A DNA stretch of 63,931 nucleotides, counting the filler, from Octopus bimaculoides (Eukaryota), in the NCBI RefSeq assembly GCF_001194135.2. It is 6 parts of 6 records of this genome, joined end to end, with 100 filler letters (N's around TTAATTAATTAA, not from the genome) between each part and the next. Parts side by side here need not be neighbours in the genome. Positions count along the whole stretch, not along the records: positions 62,844 to 63,931 come from NC_069001.1; 5 more parts are not named here. One strand, 5' to 3'. Shown in pieces: positions 63,218-63,931 of the stretch. Under the pieces are notes generated by a model. That model ran no database searches and was not told the origin of the DNA. It was given only the letters and a program-made list of their open reading frames with translations. Both the position numbers and the translations under genes were made by a program. Position 1 is the stretch's first letter. Every line of letters starts with the position of its first letter.

Positions 63218-63761
63218 CTACTGGTATAAGGACGTGACAAACCATCTGGGACTCTGAAGGATGACTGGTGGTTTAGAAAACGTCACACTCCTGGTAACAT
63301 ATGATGCTGGACCAGTCATCCCATCGGTGTTGAAGACAATTATTTGGTTATCATCTGTGGTGATGGTACTGGGAATGGTGGATACCTCTTCCATGTTGCT
63401 GGTCCTGGATTGGTCATCATTTCTAGGTATTGCAATTATACTGGTGGTAACATATGCTGTGGGCTTGATCACTCCATTTGTGTCTATGGTTTGTTCATTA
63501 TCTGTGGCAGTGGTACCAGGATCTTCAGTGATACTCTCAATGACACTTGTCCTGGACTGGTTATTATCTCTGAGCATGGCAATTGCATTGACATGAGGTC
63601 TGGTTTACCTGCTAATATTGCTGTTAGATGGTACATTACTGTTATTACGGATAGCAGGTCTAGGTATCACTGTAGTCTCATATATGACCGCTTTAGCTTT
63701 GCATTGGCCTCCTACTGGATAGTTATTATATACCCTGCAAGAGCAACCTGCCACCCACCAT
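63218..63761 (-). CDS. Candidate host exon(s): Cys/Trp motif WWVAGCSC...GGQC then Thr/Ser-rich two-repeat segment, with one in-frame TAA
   Basis: ORFs 63605-63805 and 63218-63577 share a frame; possible 153-nt phase 2-2 exon 63761-63609 (aatag| ... cag|gtaaac); acceptor is weak. Confidence 0.4.
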
Positions 63762-63931
63762 CTATTGTGAGTACATGTTAAAATGTTTTTCTTTGTTAGG
63801 TGCACAACTAAAGGAGACTCTTAGTTTGCGGCTGTTAAATAAATTTTGTTGTAACGATTACTGCTCTATTCTTTAGAGTGTGCTTCTTTCTGATATATGT
63901 TTTTTTATTAACTATATATATATATATATAT

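Noticed and set aside
63344-63781. 145-aa Cys/Gly-rich plus-strand ORF
   Set aside because: Best explained as the antisense frame of the Thr-rich minus-strand repeats, although a GTGAGT donor at 63767 means it is not fully excluded

Overview
AT-rich, repeat-dense eukaryotic DNA from a gapped draft scaffold. The microsatellite load and the SINE/LINE families look like an octopus (cephalopod) genome; this is recognition from memory, not a database search. Only one host exon is well supported: 15909-16159 (+), with a clean acceptor and donor, encoding a TCCFCWCC cysteine string like RZ-family RGS proteins (RGS17/19/20). A second, weaker candidate gene segment lies on the minus strand at 63218-63761. 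The rest is mostly mobile DNA: four tRNA-derived SINE families, CR1-like, RTE and L1/Tx1 LINE relics, a Penelope-like element (RT plus GIY-YIG), a full-length mariner, maT/Tc1 fragments, Tigger and hAT MITEs, and a solo LTR. Most listed ORFs are microsatellite or N-gap artefacts. Five 100-bp spacers (44 N + TTAATTAATTAA + 44 N) are assembly inserts. The most interesting signals are: (1) an intact minimal type I hammerhead ribozyme in a short dispersed repeat, plus three decayed hammerhead motifs in Penelope-type repeats; (2) a 235-bp, 99%-identical inverted templated insertion into a SINE with microhomology at both ends; (3) three unrelated long local palindromes; (4) a sharp CpG-depletion boundary at about 20.2 kb, visible as CpG decay in paralogous SINEs; (5) SINE multimers that always join at the same junction. 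No CRISPR, rRNA or genuine tRNA genes were seen.
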